From an uncultured Bacteroidales bacterium (GTDB taxonomy: Bacteria > Bacteroidota > Bacteroidia > Bacteroidales > FEN-979), in NCBI GenBank assembly GCA_903877385.1, contig CAIRDP010000030.1:9974-73973 (forward strand): 64,000 nucleotides of DNA. The letters are read 5' to 3'. The notes beneath the pieces were generated by a model that searched no databases, was not told the origin of the DNA, and was given only the letters and a program-made list of their open reading frames with translations. The translations under genes and the position numbers were made by a program. Positions within the stretch are counted from its first letter, which is position 1; every line of letters begins with the position of its first letter. Below are positions 47,273 to 56,037 of the stretch, piece by piece.

Positions 47273-47524
47273 ATGATTCTTAAAATTGCTAAATGGTACA
47301 TTGATCTTAGGAAAGTCCTTTTTGATATTCAGCTTTATTTTGCAATCAAAGCCTGCAAACGCCGGGCGAAACTCTTTAATAAGACTCACCTGGTCATTCC
47401 CTTCAACGGACGTCCGAGGGTCTTTATGAAGTCTCACCTGAAGGATCTGATCAAACGTCGGGCCTTATACAAAAAGGGAGTTACTATCGCACAACTTGAA
47501 AAGATGTCACTTTATAAATCATAA
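47273..47524 (+). CDS. hypothetical small basic protein
   Basis: 83-aa ORF tightly packed between the terminase and the gp36-like gene. Confidence 0.4.
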   Translation: MILKIAKWYIDLRKVLFDIQLYFAIKACKRRAKLFNKTHLVIPFNGRPRVFMKSHLKDLIKRRALYKKGVTIAQLEKMSLYKS

Positions 47525-47529
47525 ACACC

Positions 47530-48015
47530 ATGTTCCTTACCAAAGCAGAACTTAAATCGGTGATCTATGAATATCAGCTCAACGATATCGTAGAAATTAC
47601 CACCGGAAGTACCACCAACGAGGATATCGTGGTGATGGCCATTGATGCCGCTGTGGAAGAGATGAAGTCCTATCTCAACCCGAACAACCAGGGCCACTGG
47701 ATCGATGGCCGTAACCGCTATAATACCGCGGTGATCTTTGCGGCCACCGGCACCGCCCGTAATCCCCTGATCCTGGAATTCGCCAAGAGCATCGCACTGT
47801 ATTACATCTGCCGCCTGTCGAACGTGGACATCATCGAGGAGAAAGTTAAGGCACGGTACGACCGGGCCATTGACTGGCTCGAGAAGGTTGCCGGTATCGG
47901 AAAGTATGCCGATGGTCCCGCGATCACACCCAATCTGCCACTACTCACCCTGGAGGACACTCCGGAAAACGTTCCCTTCCGCTTTGGATCCAGGGACAAG
48001 TTCAACCACGAATAA
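47530..48015 (+). CDS. Mu gp36-like head-tail connector protein (DUF1320-like)
   Basis: 161 aa opening with MFLTKAELKSVIYEYQLNDIVE, and ARYDRAIDWLEKVA near the C-terminus. Family assignment is from memory of DUF1320 proteins. Confidence 0.5.
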   Translation: MFLTKAELKSVIYEYQLNDIVEITTGSTTNEDIVVMAIDAAVEEMKSYLNPNNQGHWIDGRNRYNTAVIFAATGTARNPLILEFAKSIALYYICRLSNVDIIEEKVKARYDRAIDWLEKVAGIGKYADGPAITPNLPLLTLEDTPENVPFRFGSRDKFNHE

Positions 48016-48028
48016 ACACTTTAGAACA

Positions 48029-49195
48029 ATGGATAAGAAAAAAACAACGGGTAAAAAGAGAGCTGACGGGTATGCAATGAAAGTTCAGCCCAAGGCGATC
48101 AGTCAGGCCCGAAACGATATTGCGACATGGAAGATGGCCGTACGACAGGCGCTGGCTATCCTGATGCCACGCCGTGCCCGCTTGCAGAACTTGTATAAGG
48201 ATATCGCCATCGATGCACACTTATCCTCCCAGATCGAGAACCGTGTCCTGCAATCCCTGGCTGCTACTTTTTCACTTCGTGATCAGGGCGGAAAGATCAA
48301 TGAAGAGGCTACTGCAACTCTCAAGGACAGCAAATTCTATTACGACCTGGTACGTAATATCCTGGACTCAATTTATTGGGGCCCCACGGTGGTGGAGATT
48401 CTTAACGATGCCTCAGGAGTGAAGGTTGTAACCATTCCCCGCAATAACATCGAACCCAAAGAAGGTCTGTTCCTCGTTGATGAGAACGACACCACCGGGA
48501 TCCCATACCGGGAGCTGAAGGAATTTAATACCTGGATCCTGGAGTTTGGAGAAGCGGAGGATCTCGGGTTATTTAACCGTGCCATCCCGCATGTACTCTT
48601 CAAACGCTTTGCCCAGTCATGCTGGAGTGAACTTTGCGAGATTTACGGGATGCCGCCCCGCGTGCTAAAGACCAACACACAGGATCCCACGATGCTTTCA
48701 CGAGGCGAACAGATGATGCGGGACATGGGAGCCGCAGCCTGGTTCATCATTGACGAGAGTGAAACTTTCGAGTTTGCCAAGGGTGCAGACAGCAATGGCG
48801 ATGTATATAGCAACCTGATCCGCCTTTGCAACAATGAAAATTCGTTATTGGTGTGCGGAGCCATCATTGGACAGGATACCAAGAACGGCAACGAAAGCAA
48901 AGAGACGATTTCTATTGGAATGCTCTCACGCCTGGTGGACTCGGACAAACGCCGGATTGAAAGCTATTTCAACGACCTGGTTCTGCCCGCCCTGGTGCGT
49001 ATCGGATTGATCCCTGATAACCTGCATTACACCTACGATCCCCAGGAAAACATTACTCTGCTCTGGAGCATGACTAAGGAGGTCCTGCCTTATATGGAAG
49101 TGGACCCGGTATGGGTGAAAGAGAAATTCGGCATCCAGGTTACCGGCATTAAAGCGACCCCGGCCAAGGCGCAGCTTTCCAGTTTTTTCGATTAA
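48029..49195 (+). CDS. portal protein (Mu gp29 / DUF935-like)
   Basis: About 390 aa from ATG 48029 (MDKKKTTGKKR). It follows the terminase genes and precedes the MuF-like gene. The track ORF's 5' extension overlaps the gp36-like gene and was trimmed. Confidence 0.7.
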   Translation: MDKKKTTGKKRADGYAMKVQPKAISQARNDIATWKMAVRQALAILMPRRARLQNLYKDIAIDAHLSSQIENRVLQSLAATFSLRDQGGKINEEATATLKDSKFYYDLVRNILDSIYWGPTVVEILNDASGVKVVTIPRNNIEPKEGLFLVDENDTTGIPYRELKEFNTWILEFGEAEDLGLFNRAIPHVLFKRFAQSCWSELCEIYGMPPRVLKTNTQDPTMLSRGEQMMRDMGAAAWFIIDESETFEFAKGADSNGDVYSNLIRLCNNENSLLVCGAIIGQDTKNGNESKETISIGMLSRLVDSDKRRIESYFNDLVLPALVRIGLIPDNLHYTYDPQENITLLWSMTKEVLPYMEVDPVWVKEKFGIQVTGIKATPAKAQLSSFFD

Positions 49196-49305
49196 GCCCC
49201 TTTGAGGGGCTCCATAGCCGACTGGGGCTCATATACCACCGCCATGAGGATGAAGCCACAGGCGTCGCCCTGGGGGCCAAGAGTGAAAAAATACCGCCTT
49301 TCTCA

Positions 49306-50064
49306 GTGAGGATATGGAATGCAGCCGTGAATCATATCCGCAAATCCGGAACTTATTCGGCCAAGATGCTTAAGGATAAACCGGTCAAGGCTGTAATCAG
49401 TGAGACGCAGCGGATCCTGGACGATGGCATGCAATCCGGACTGAGCGATAATGAGCCGCCTCAGCAGATGACCGATAGTTTAAGAAGTGATGTCTTTGTT
49501 TTCTCTGCCTGCAAAACACATATCCAGCTGAAGGAACTTTCATCCATGCTGTTGAATGATCAGGGTAAGGTCACCCCGATGAGTGAGTTTAAGCAAAAAG
49601 CCACGGAACTGCACCAGCAGTATAATGGGAATTACCTGGAGGCAGAGTATGTCTTTGCGACCTCCAGCGCGCAGATGGCTGCCCAATGGGCTGATGTGGC
49701 CCAGAGTGAAAATCGTTACGACCTCCAGTATCGCACGGCAGGAGATAGCCAGGTGAGAGAAACGCACCGAAGACTCTCCAATATCACCCTGCCTGCAGAT
49801 GATCCGTTTTGGGACGCGTATTATCCACCCAATGGATGGCGCTGCCGTTGCACAGCTATTCAGGTTCGTAAAGGGAAATACCCGCAGAGCGATTCCAATG
49901 AGGCCATCACACGTGGTGAAATTGCAACAACAGAGATCGATGCTCAGGGAAACAACCGTGCCGAGATGTTCCGATTTAATCCCGGCAAGCAGCAGGTGAT
50001 CTTTCCTCCCTCGCATCCGTATTACAAAGTGAAGGAAACCGTTACTAAAAACGTGAAGCAGTGA
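49306..50064 (+). CDS. Mu F-like minor head protein (head morphogenesis, SPP1 gp7 family)
   Basis: YRTAGDSQVRETHRRLSNITLPADDPFWDAYYPPNGWRCRCT is the family signature. The first start codon in the frame is GTG 49306. Confidence 0.8.
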   Translation: MRIWNAAVNHIRKSGTYSAKMLKDKPVKAVISETQRILDDGMQSGLSDNEPPQQMTDSLRSDVFVFSACKTHIQLKELSSMLLNDQGKVTPMSEFKQKATELHQQYNGNYLEAEYVFATSSAQMAAQWADVAQSENRYDLQYRTAGDSQVRETHRRLSNITLPADDPFWDAYYPPNGWRCRCTAIQVRKGKYPQSDSNEAITRGEIATTEIDAQGNNRAEMFRFNPGKQQVIFPPSHPYYKVKETVTKNVKQ

Positions 50065-50564
50065 ATTACATTCGGCAGTTCATCGAGGATCTCAGGGTTG
50101 AGGTAACCGACGAGTTCGATCGTAATTTTGAGCGTAAAGGCTTTTTTGACGAGAAGTGGCCAGATACACGCCGCGTCGTAAATCGCGGATCCCTGCTCAT
50201 GCGCACGGGCGCATTGCGCAGATCCCTGCAGTCGACATCCCAGGGCAACAGCATTCGTTTCTTTTCCTCTCTGCCTTATGCATCGATACAAAATGACGGC
50301 GGAGAGATCACGGTAACCACCAAGATGAAGCGGTATTTCTGGGCCATGTACAAGAAGGCTGCAGGTGGAAGGAAAAGCAGCAATCTTACCGGTGAAGCTG
50401 AATTCTTCAAGGCGATGGCCCTGAAGAAAGTCGGATCCAGGATCAAGATCCCCAAACGGCAGTTCATCGGGCATCACGAGAGAATTGATCAGGTGGTCGA
50501 CAAGGTATTTCAACAGACTTTAAACTCCCATGAAATGATGGTTAAAAAACAATTGAAGCCATGA
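50061..50564 (+). CDS. Mu G-like virion morphogenesis protein
   Basis: 167 aa directly after the F-like gene. FDRNFERKGFFDEKWPDTRR...GALRRSLQ fits the gpG family as I recall it. Confidence 0.55.
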   Translation: MNYIRQFIEDLRVEVTDEFDRNFERKGFFDEKWPDTRRVVNRGSLLMRTGALRRSLQSTSQGNSIRFFSSLPYASIQNDGGEITVTTKMKRYFWAMYKKAAGGRKSSNLTGEAEFFKAMALKKVGSRIKIPKRQFIGHHERIDQVVDKVFQQTLNSHEMMVKKQLKP

Positions 50565-51061
50565 AAGAATTAATCGACGATATCAAAACACGTTTGAGCG
50601 CCGTTACGCAGCTCAAAACCATTGATGAAGACTGGGGACAGCTGGACTATTACAGCAATTCTCCACCGGTTAAATTTCCCTGTGCCCTGGTGGATATCGA
50701 CCAGGTTCCCTGGAGCGATGAAGGCAAACTGGTTCAGATCGGCATCGCCAGCGTCTCCATCCGCGTCGCTGATCAGCGGCTTACCAATACGAACGTCAAG
50801 GCCCCGACCGCCCAGAAAACGAAAGCCCTGGCCTTCTTTGACCTGGTGATGTATATTCATCAGAAACTTCATGGCTGGAGTGGAGCCAATAACAACGGCC
50901 CGTTAACACGTAGGATGTACCGAAAAGTCAAGCGAGACGACGGGATCCGGGAGGTGGAATTGATCTACACCGTAGAGATCACCGATGATAGCGCACGTAA
51001 GGTTCCTTCAAAGAAGAGGATCGTGGCAGCCGGACTAAACATCACCGCTGAAATGATTTAA
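50561..51061 (+). CDS. Mu gp37-like (DUF1834-like) protein, tentative
   Basis: 166 aa, overlapping the upstream gene by 4 nt. Call rests on position and size only. Confidence 0.35.
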   Translation: MKELIDDIKTRLSAVTQLKTIDEDWGQLDYYSNSPPVKFPCALVDIDQVPWSDEGKLVQIGIASVSIRVADQRLTNTNVKAPTAQKTKALAFFDLVMYIHQKLHGWSGANNNGPLTRRMYRKVKRDDGIREVELIYTVEITDDSARKVPSKKRIVAAGLNITAEMI

Positions 51062-51083
51062 CCCCTGGCTTAATTAAAACGAA

Positions 51084-51106
51084 AAACCCCGCTTGTGGCG
51101 GGGTTT
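51084..51106. terminator. bidirectional rho-independent terminator at the convergent gene junction
   Basis: aaaccccgc (51084-51092) pairs with gcggggttt (51098-51106) across a ttgtg loop, with an A-run upstream and a T-run downstream. Confidence 0.75.
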
Positions 51107-51125
51107 CTGCTTATCTCAGGAGATG

Positions 51126-51878
51126 TTACCACTTCAGTAACTTCCCGGATCCTACCAGCCTTGATCCATCATACACCTGGTAAAGATATTCTCCCTGAGT
51201 GAAGGATGCCGTGCTGAGCCTAACTATTCCTGAAGGTGTAAGTCGCACCTGGTTGATCACCCTGCCGGTCATATCAGTTACGCGAAGATCACTCCCTGAG
51301 GGAGGATACGTGATGTCAACATAGTTGGTGCAGGGATTAGGAGAGGCTTGTATTTGTTCGAAAGAAACAGCAGTTTCAGGAATGTCGACCATAGTTCCGG
51401 GAAGAGCGTACACATAAGTATTGGAATCGAGTGAAGTGGTCTGAGTAATCATTTTAAAATTCCCATTCAGGTTCACAATATAAGCGTAATCTTGTTTTGT
51501 GAACTCCTGCAGAGGAGATCCATCTTCATTTTTTAATATTAATTTATAATCGACTGGATTACCTCTAAAAAGTGAATATAGAACCTCAATCTTATTATCC
51601 GTATTGAATAGATTGTCAGAGACGTTGATAAGATAAATGAAATTATATCCAGAGGGAATTTGAATAGGAATAGATTTAAGCAAGGAATGAGATTCATTGT
51701 AAATGTAAATATCATTCTTCGTGGTTCCATAATGAATGGCCGCGTACACCCATCCGTAATTTGTCAATTTGTATGGACCGTATAAAGTCTGATCCGTGTA
51801 AGTGTGTTCCAGTACTGCCTGGGCAGATGCTGTGTTGAGCAGTACAATCAATAAAAAGGTAGAGAGTAATGATTTCAT
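51126..51878 (-). CDS. prophage-encoded secreted protein with a T9SS C-terminal sorting domain (cargo/moron)
   Basis: Signal peptide MKSLLSTFLLIVLLNTASAQ. The C-terminal IQASPNPCTNYVDITYPPSGSDLRVTDMTGRVINQVRLTPSGIVRLSTASFTQGEYLYQVYDGSRLVGSGKLLKW matches the T9SS CTD pattern. Confidence 0.75.
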   Translation of the reverse strand: MKSLLSTFLLIVLLNTASAQAVLEHTYTDQTLYGPYKLTNYGWVYAAIHYGTTKNDIYIYNESHSLLKSIPIQIPSGYNFIYLINVSDNLFNTDNKIEVLYSLFRGNPVDYKLILKNEDGSPLQEFTKQDYAYIVNLNGNFKMITQTTSLDSNTYVYALPGTMVDIPETAVSFEQIQASPNPCTNYVDITYPPSGSDLRVTDMTGRVINQVRLTPSGIVRLSTASFTQGEYLYQVYDGSRLVGSGKLLKW

Positions 51879-51917
51879 GGCCGTGTGGTTTTAATTGGGA
51901 ATTAAAAATAGGTAAAA

Positions 51918-52148
51918 TTATGTTTGAATCTCCTCAAGGCATTTACACATTTTCTGTTGCTCCTCCTTGATTTGTCTTTCGATTGGCGTGGAAAGGTAGG
52001 TGTAGAGCGTGCCAAGGGAGATGTGAAAGCGGGGTTTGATGAAGTTTTTATACACGTAGGCGGTGGACACTCCTGGCTTCTTCTCGCGGCAATAGACTTC
52101 TACAATATCGTGCATTCGGCGTAAATGATTAAGCCTGTTATATCCCAT
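51918..52148 (-). CDS. small putative DNA-binding protein (slot of a Mor/C-type middle/late regulator)
   Basis: 76 aa and basic, the last gene of the early/middle block. The HTH-like stretch STAYVYKNFIKPRFHISLGTLYTYL supports a speculative functional call. Confidence 0.3.
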   Translation of the reverse strand: MGYNRLNHLRRMHDIVEVYCREKKPGVSTAYVYKNFIKPRFHISLGTLYTYLSTPIERQIKEEQQKMCKCLEEIQT

Positions 52149-52150
52149 AG

Positions 52151-52546
52151 TTATGCCGTTTGATGGTCAATTTCGGAGTGGATTAAATTACGAAGTGTAT
52201 TTTCATAAATGGATTCAGTGGGGATATTCAGAATATAAAGCATGTGATGGATGGCCGCAGCTTCTGCAACAGTAAACAGGAGTTTGAACATTGGTTTGAG
52301 ATCCATATGCTTTGGGCGGATCTTCTTTTCATACACCTGGTGCACGATGAAATAAGTTGCTTTCTCAAATAAATCTCCATTAAAACAAGTTGTAGCAAGG
52401 TAAAGAACCATCAGCCGGTCGAAGGATTCGAACTGGGATTGACCCAGGCGGATCTCAATCTTTTTTCTCAGCATCGCGATCTCGATCATGCGGCCTCGAC
52501 TCGTCTGCATCATTTCTCGGCCATTAAACTGAGTTAATTGTTCCAT
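52151..52546 (-). CDS. hypothetical protein (early/middle region)
   Basis: 131-aa ORF in operon spacing; no motif recognised. Confidence 0.5.
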   Translation of the reverse strand: MEQLTQFNGREMMQTSRGRMIEIAMLRKKIEIRLGQSQFESFDRLMVLYLATTCFNGDLFEKATYFIVHQVYEKKIRPKHMDLKPMFKLLFTVAEAAAIHHMLYILNIPTESIYENTLRNLIHSEIDHQTA

Positions 52547-52962
52547 AATTCGGCGTTTAAATACGTTTCTACGAACTTTTTCGCTGTGCCTGGTAGAATG
52601 TTCCCCTCATATCGTGAAATAAAGCGGTAGGATTTAATTTGATCGGTCTTGCTCATTTTATTCCATTTGGCGATGGCCCGTTTCTTCGAAGATCTCATTT
52701 TATCGTCATATCGGTCCCAAAACATCTGGAAAGTAACCTCCTCGGTAAACTCGGTAAGCTTTGCCGTTTTCGAAGTACCCAGGATCCTTTCTATTTCATC
52801 CACCGTCTTGGGCATTTCACCAATGAGCCATTTCATTTGTGCCTGGTTTAGCTGGGCCCCGGATGAATTATACATCACCAGGTAGCCATCTTCATCAAAT
52901 TGCAGGATCACTTCGCCGGTGAACTGCTGAGAAGTAAGCGAGAAGGTCCGTTCAGCTTTCAT
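52534..52962 (-). CDS. hypothetical protein (early/middle region)
   Basis: 142-aa ORF overlapping both neighbours by a few nt. C-terminal FWDRYDDKMRSSKKRAIAKWNKM motif. Confidence 0.5.
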   Translation of the reverse strand: MKAERTFSLTSQQFTGEVILQFDEDGYLVMYNSSGAQLNQAQMKWLIGEMPKTVDEIERILGTSKTAKLTEFTEEVTFQMFWDRYDDKMRSSKKRAIAKWNKMSKTDQIKSYRFISRYEGNILPGTAKKFVETYLNAELWNN

Positions 52963-53407
52963 GAGGTTGGGATAGAGTTTCTTTCGCTACGTGCTCGAAC
53001 TGTTTCACAAGACGTTGCAGTTCTTTATAGGAATAATCGTTGAGGGGTTTATGCAAATACGAATAATGCTTCATCCAACTATTCAATCGCTCAAAATCAA
53101 CTTCCGATTTGCTCTTGTCTTTGTTCCAGGTGGTCCATCCCATCGTATAACAAAGCGAAAGGATCCTGCGGCGCATCTTCTGTCCCTCAAAAATTGTTTG
53201 AGATTTAGTGTGGGATCCCACGGCGCCGGGTCCGAGTTGCTCCTCCAGGTGTTTTATCAGCGCCTGAGCCTCAAGGTCGGTAAGATCCGCAGAGTTTTCA
53301 GTCCTTCCATTGGCAAAACTAAATACCAGGTCGTGCCGGTATTTCTCCGTGCCGGTTTCCCGGAACAGAGAGTATAATCTGCGATGCCGCTGAAGGGAAT
53401 GATTCAT
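52952..53407 (-). CDS. GemA/Mu gp16-like regulatory protein (DUF1018-like), tentative
   Basis: RRLYSLFRETG...DLTDLEAQALIKHLEEQ...RRRILSLCYTMGW...YKELQRLVKQFE resembles the gp16/GemA layout as I remember it. Confidence 0.35.
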   Translation of the reverse strand: MNHSLQRHRRLYSLFRETGTEKYRHDLVFSFANGRTENSADLTDLEAQALIKHLEEQLGPGAVGSHTKSQTIFEGQKMRRRILSLCYTMGWTTWNKDKSKSEVDFERLNSWMKHYSYLHKPLNDYSYKELQRLVKQFEHVAKETLSQPHES

Positions 53408-53408
53408 A

Positions 53409-53630
53409 TTAATCTACGTATCCAATTACTTTCAATAAATCTGAACTCTTGAGAACCTTGATCTGGTTCCCTTTTTCATCCAATTTAATGGTTGAATCGT
53501 CATTTACCAATCTGACCAGGCATTTGTTCAAACTCTTAAATTCGACCGTCTGTTCATCGCGATGAATGATGCCCCTTTGTTTTTCACCGGTTGTGGAAAT
53601 GTATTCTACTAAATAGCCAATCTTACCCAT
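53409..53630 (-). CDS. hypothetical small protein
   Basis: 73-aa ORF, 1 nt from the downstream gene. Confidence 0.45.
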   Translation of the reverse strand: MGKIGYLVEYISTTGEKQRGIIHRDEQTVEFKSLNKCLVRLVNDDSTIKLDEKGNQIKVLKSSDLLKVIGYVD

Positions 53631-53648
53631 GGTAAATGTTTATTAGGG

Positions 53649-53792
53649 TTAATACATTGTTTCTTCTTTGTCCTGATCATCAAAAATGCCATTGATCCAT
53701 TTCCCTATCGCCATTAACAGCAGACCAAAGCAGAAGAATATTCCGATTACCGAACAACAGGTGATGAACATGGCTAATGGGTTTGAGATCAT
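53649..53792 (-). CDS. small single-TM protein (47 aa), tentative
   Basis: Below the track cutoff. My translation is MISNPLAMFITCCSVIGIFFCFGLLLMAIGKWINGIFDDQDKEETMY. It fills the only gap in this operon. Confidence 0.3.
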   Translation of the reverse strand: MISNPLAMFITCCSVIGIFFCFGLLLMAIGKWINGIFDDQDKEETMY

Positions 53793-53801
53793 GATATTTG
53801 T

Positions 53802-54323
53802 TTAAACATTTTGAGTAAGACTTCCGATCCGGGTGGCCAGGAGTTCATAGGTCCCGAGAAAGGACCGTTTAGCAAACTTATGATCCAGTCCTGTGTTGCG
53901 ATCGTTGATCACCATGTTGACCCACTCCCAACGCAGAGCAAAATTATCCGCTTCCTTAACTGTATCGAGAAACGGGTATTGAATCTTGAATACGGAAGCA
54001 ATGACCCGGTGAAGCTTATCCTCAATCTCACAAAAATTAGTCAGGCGATGTTTAATCGGACGAGGCATATCGATCAGGTAAGCTTCAGCGGCATCGTGCA
54101 ACAATCCGCAGAGTTTGTCTTGATCGCTCTGCATAAGGTTGGATACGAACATTGAATGTTCGGCAACGCTGTAGAACTGGTTGATGTGTCCGGAGAACCG
54201 GCATTGTTTTGCAAGTGCATGTGCAATGTCTATGATATTGATCAGCGAAGGATCCGGATCCAGGGGATCGATAAATTTGCCGGTGAAGGTGCGGATCTTG
54301 TTTTCTTCAAAAAGTCTTTCCAT
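53802..54323 (-). CDS. HD-domain phosphohydrolase
   Basis: HALAKQCRFSGH...YSVAEHS...GLLHDAAEAYLIDMPRP gives the H...HD...D metal-binding pattern. Confidence 0.75.
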   Translation of the reverse strand: MERLFEENKIRTFTGKFIDPLDPDPSLINIIDIAHALAKQCRFSGHINQFYSVAEHSMFVSNLMQSDQDKLCGLLHDAAEAYLIDMPRPIKHRLTNFCEIEDKLHRVIASVFKIQYPFLDTVKEADNFALRWEWVNMVINDRNTGLDHKFAKRSFLGTYELLATRIGSLTQNV

Positions 54324-54325
54324 GC

Positions 54326-54979
54326 TTATGAAATTAGGGATCGTTTAATGTTGGGTCTCTGCTGAGGGGGGGGGCAGGTCTTTTTGATCTTTTCCAGCTT
54401 TTCCTTCAGCTGCTCGTCATGCGCCTTAACTGTACCGATCTCCTTCTGCTCAGGAATTGAAAACTCACGGGGCTCGGGAATTGTAAATGCTATCAGGTGT
54501 GCCTGTCGACATTTAAGGGTACAGAAATTCGCATTCCATCCATGTTTACCCTTGGTCGGATTACCACAGTGCATACATTTACGGCCGGTGTCGGGTTTTG
54601 TCTTTTTCTTGGCATCATACTTGGAAGCATTCTTACACTTTTTCGAGCAGTACTTCACATGGCGACTTACGGTAAGAAATTCCTCTTTACACTGCCAGCA
54701 GATCATTTTACGCTTCTCTCCCCGAGTGTATGAGTCCGTGAATTTTACATGATCCGTAGTGGTAATGTGAGTTATCACCGGGAAGGATTGTTCCTCAGGC
54801 ATGGACGATTGTCCACTTGGTTGAGGACTTGCTGTTTCCTCCACGATTGGAGTGAGTTCACGAACCTTCAGTTCGCCATTAAAGAGTGCGGCATTAACAC
54901 TCATCTCATCATTTTTAATCCACTCGAGGATTTTCATAATAGATGCCGCATCAGCGGAGATATGAAGTTGAATGTCCAT
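54326..54979 (-). CDS. hypothetical protein with two C-terminal zinc-ribbon motifs
   Basis: CWQCKEEF...CSKKCKNA and CMHCGNPT...CTLKCRQAH. Confidence 0.55.
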   Translation of the reverse strand: MDIQLHISADAASIMKILEWIKNDEMSVNAALFNGELKVRELTPIVEETASPQPSGQSSMPEEQSFPVITHITTTDHVKFTDSYTRGEKRKMICWQCKEEFLTVSRHVKYCSKKCKNASKYDAKKKTKPDTGRKCMHCGNPTKGKHGWNANFCTLKCRQAHLIAFTIPEPREFSIPEQKEIGTVKAHDEQLKEKLEKIKKTCPPPQQRPNIKRSLIS

Positions 54980-54982
54980 CCT

Positions 54983-55597
54983 CTAAAGAGCTGAAAAGTT
55001 CAATTCAATGAGTTTGTAGCTTCCGTCCTCATCTCGTTTCCATAGCCTGAAATAGGTTTTTGATCCCGGATGGCGTAATCCATCGCTTAGGACATTTAAC
55101 GCCTCCTGGAACAGCGGGTGGCTGATTTTCGTGCGGTATTTCATCAGGGCAAATACTTTCTTTGCGTCGATCTTGCCACGGGTGGTTGAAAACGCATCGA
55201 TCACCAGGTCCTTGACGAACTCCATTTTTGAATCGAGGTTCTCGCTCAGGAAAGAATCAAGTTTTTCCTTGGATGCCTGGATGGCCAGGTCGTCGAATGT
55301 GATGCGATCCGAGATAGAAACCTCGATCTTGATGGAGCGGTCGAAGTTGAACCAGGTGAAGTTTCCTTTGCCATCCGGTTTTGCTTTGTATTCCTCCATG
55401 GCCTTACGGTATACATCCTCGCAAAGCTTTTCCATGCGCTTTTTAAAGCTCATCAATTTTGAGTTGATCAGCTCAGCCTCTTTGAGCAGTGATGCGCTAC
55501 TGCGTTCTTTCAGGCGCGTGCCCAGGGAAATGTATTCAACCGGCACGTCCTGTCCGGTTTCGTCTTTCCATACTTTGTTTTCTAATTTCTGAATCAT
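54983..55597 (-). CDS. DUF3164-like Mu-type early protein, tentative
   Basis: 204 aa, three genes downstream of the MuB-like gene in the early operon. Helical charged sequence; family assignment is from memory only. Confidence 0.3.
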   Translation of the reverse strand: MIQKLENKVWKDETGQDVPVEYISLGTRLKERSSASLLKEAELINSKLMSFKKRMEKLCEDVYRKAMEEYKAKPDGKGNFTWFNFDRSIKIEVSISDRITFDDLAIQASKEKLDSFLSENLDSKMEFVKDLVIDAFSTTRGKIDAKKVFALMKYRTKISHPLFQEALNVLSDGLRHPGSKTYFRLWKRDEDGSYKLIELNFSAL

Positions 55598-55614
55598 ACT
55601 ATACTTGTTTAATG

Positions 55615-56031
55615 TTAATGACTTGTGGTTTCACTGAGTTTCTTGAGGATCTGCTGAGAAGTTTTATTATACGAGTTGTGGATCTCTTCATAAATGACGT
55701 TGTCTGGGAATGCGTCGATTGAGATGTGCATCGTGGCATAGATATGCCTGAGTTCTTTGCGACACTTAGGCTCATTCTTAAAGCTGCAGTAATGATAATA
55801 GAACTCCTGGTCCACCAGGTTCCATTGCCCTCGCCACCAGGCCCAGAATAGCGGCTCCTTAAGGAATTGCTGCAGCCATTCATCGGACATGCCGGTAGTT
55901 TTCATATAATTGATTGCTGTTTTGAAAATCATCTGTGACAGATGGTTCTCGGTCATACCGGTCATCAACAGGATGTTATTTTTAAGCATTTCCTGCCTGG
56001 CCTTTAACCGTGCTTTTGCGCTGTCTTTCAT
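55615..56031 (-). CDS. hypothetical protein (early region)
   Basis: 138-aa ORF with a Trp-rich segment (PLFWAWWRGQWNLVDQEF). Confidence 0.5.
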   Translation of the reverse strand: MKDSAKARLKARQEMLKNNILLMTGMTENHLSQMIFKTAINYMKTTGMSDEWLQQFLKEPLFWAWWRGQWNLVDQEFYYHYCSFKNEPKCRKELRHIYATMHISIDAFPDNVIYEEIHNSYNKTSQQILKKLSETTSH

Positions 56032-56037
56032 AAGGCA

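Noticed and set aside
47870-48028. N-terminal 53-codon extension of the portal ORF, and similar 5' extensions of the TolC (3762), ABC ATPase (6706), protease (45229), TerS (45178) and holin (42274) ORFs.
   Set aside because: The extensions overlap the upstream genes and have non-protein-like composition. An internal ATG gives the family-typical N-terminus with tight operon spacing.
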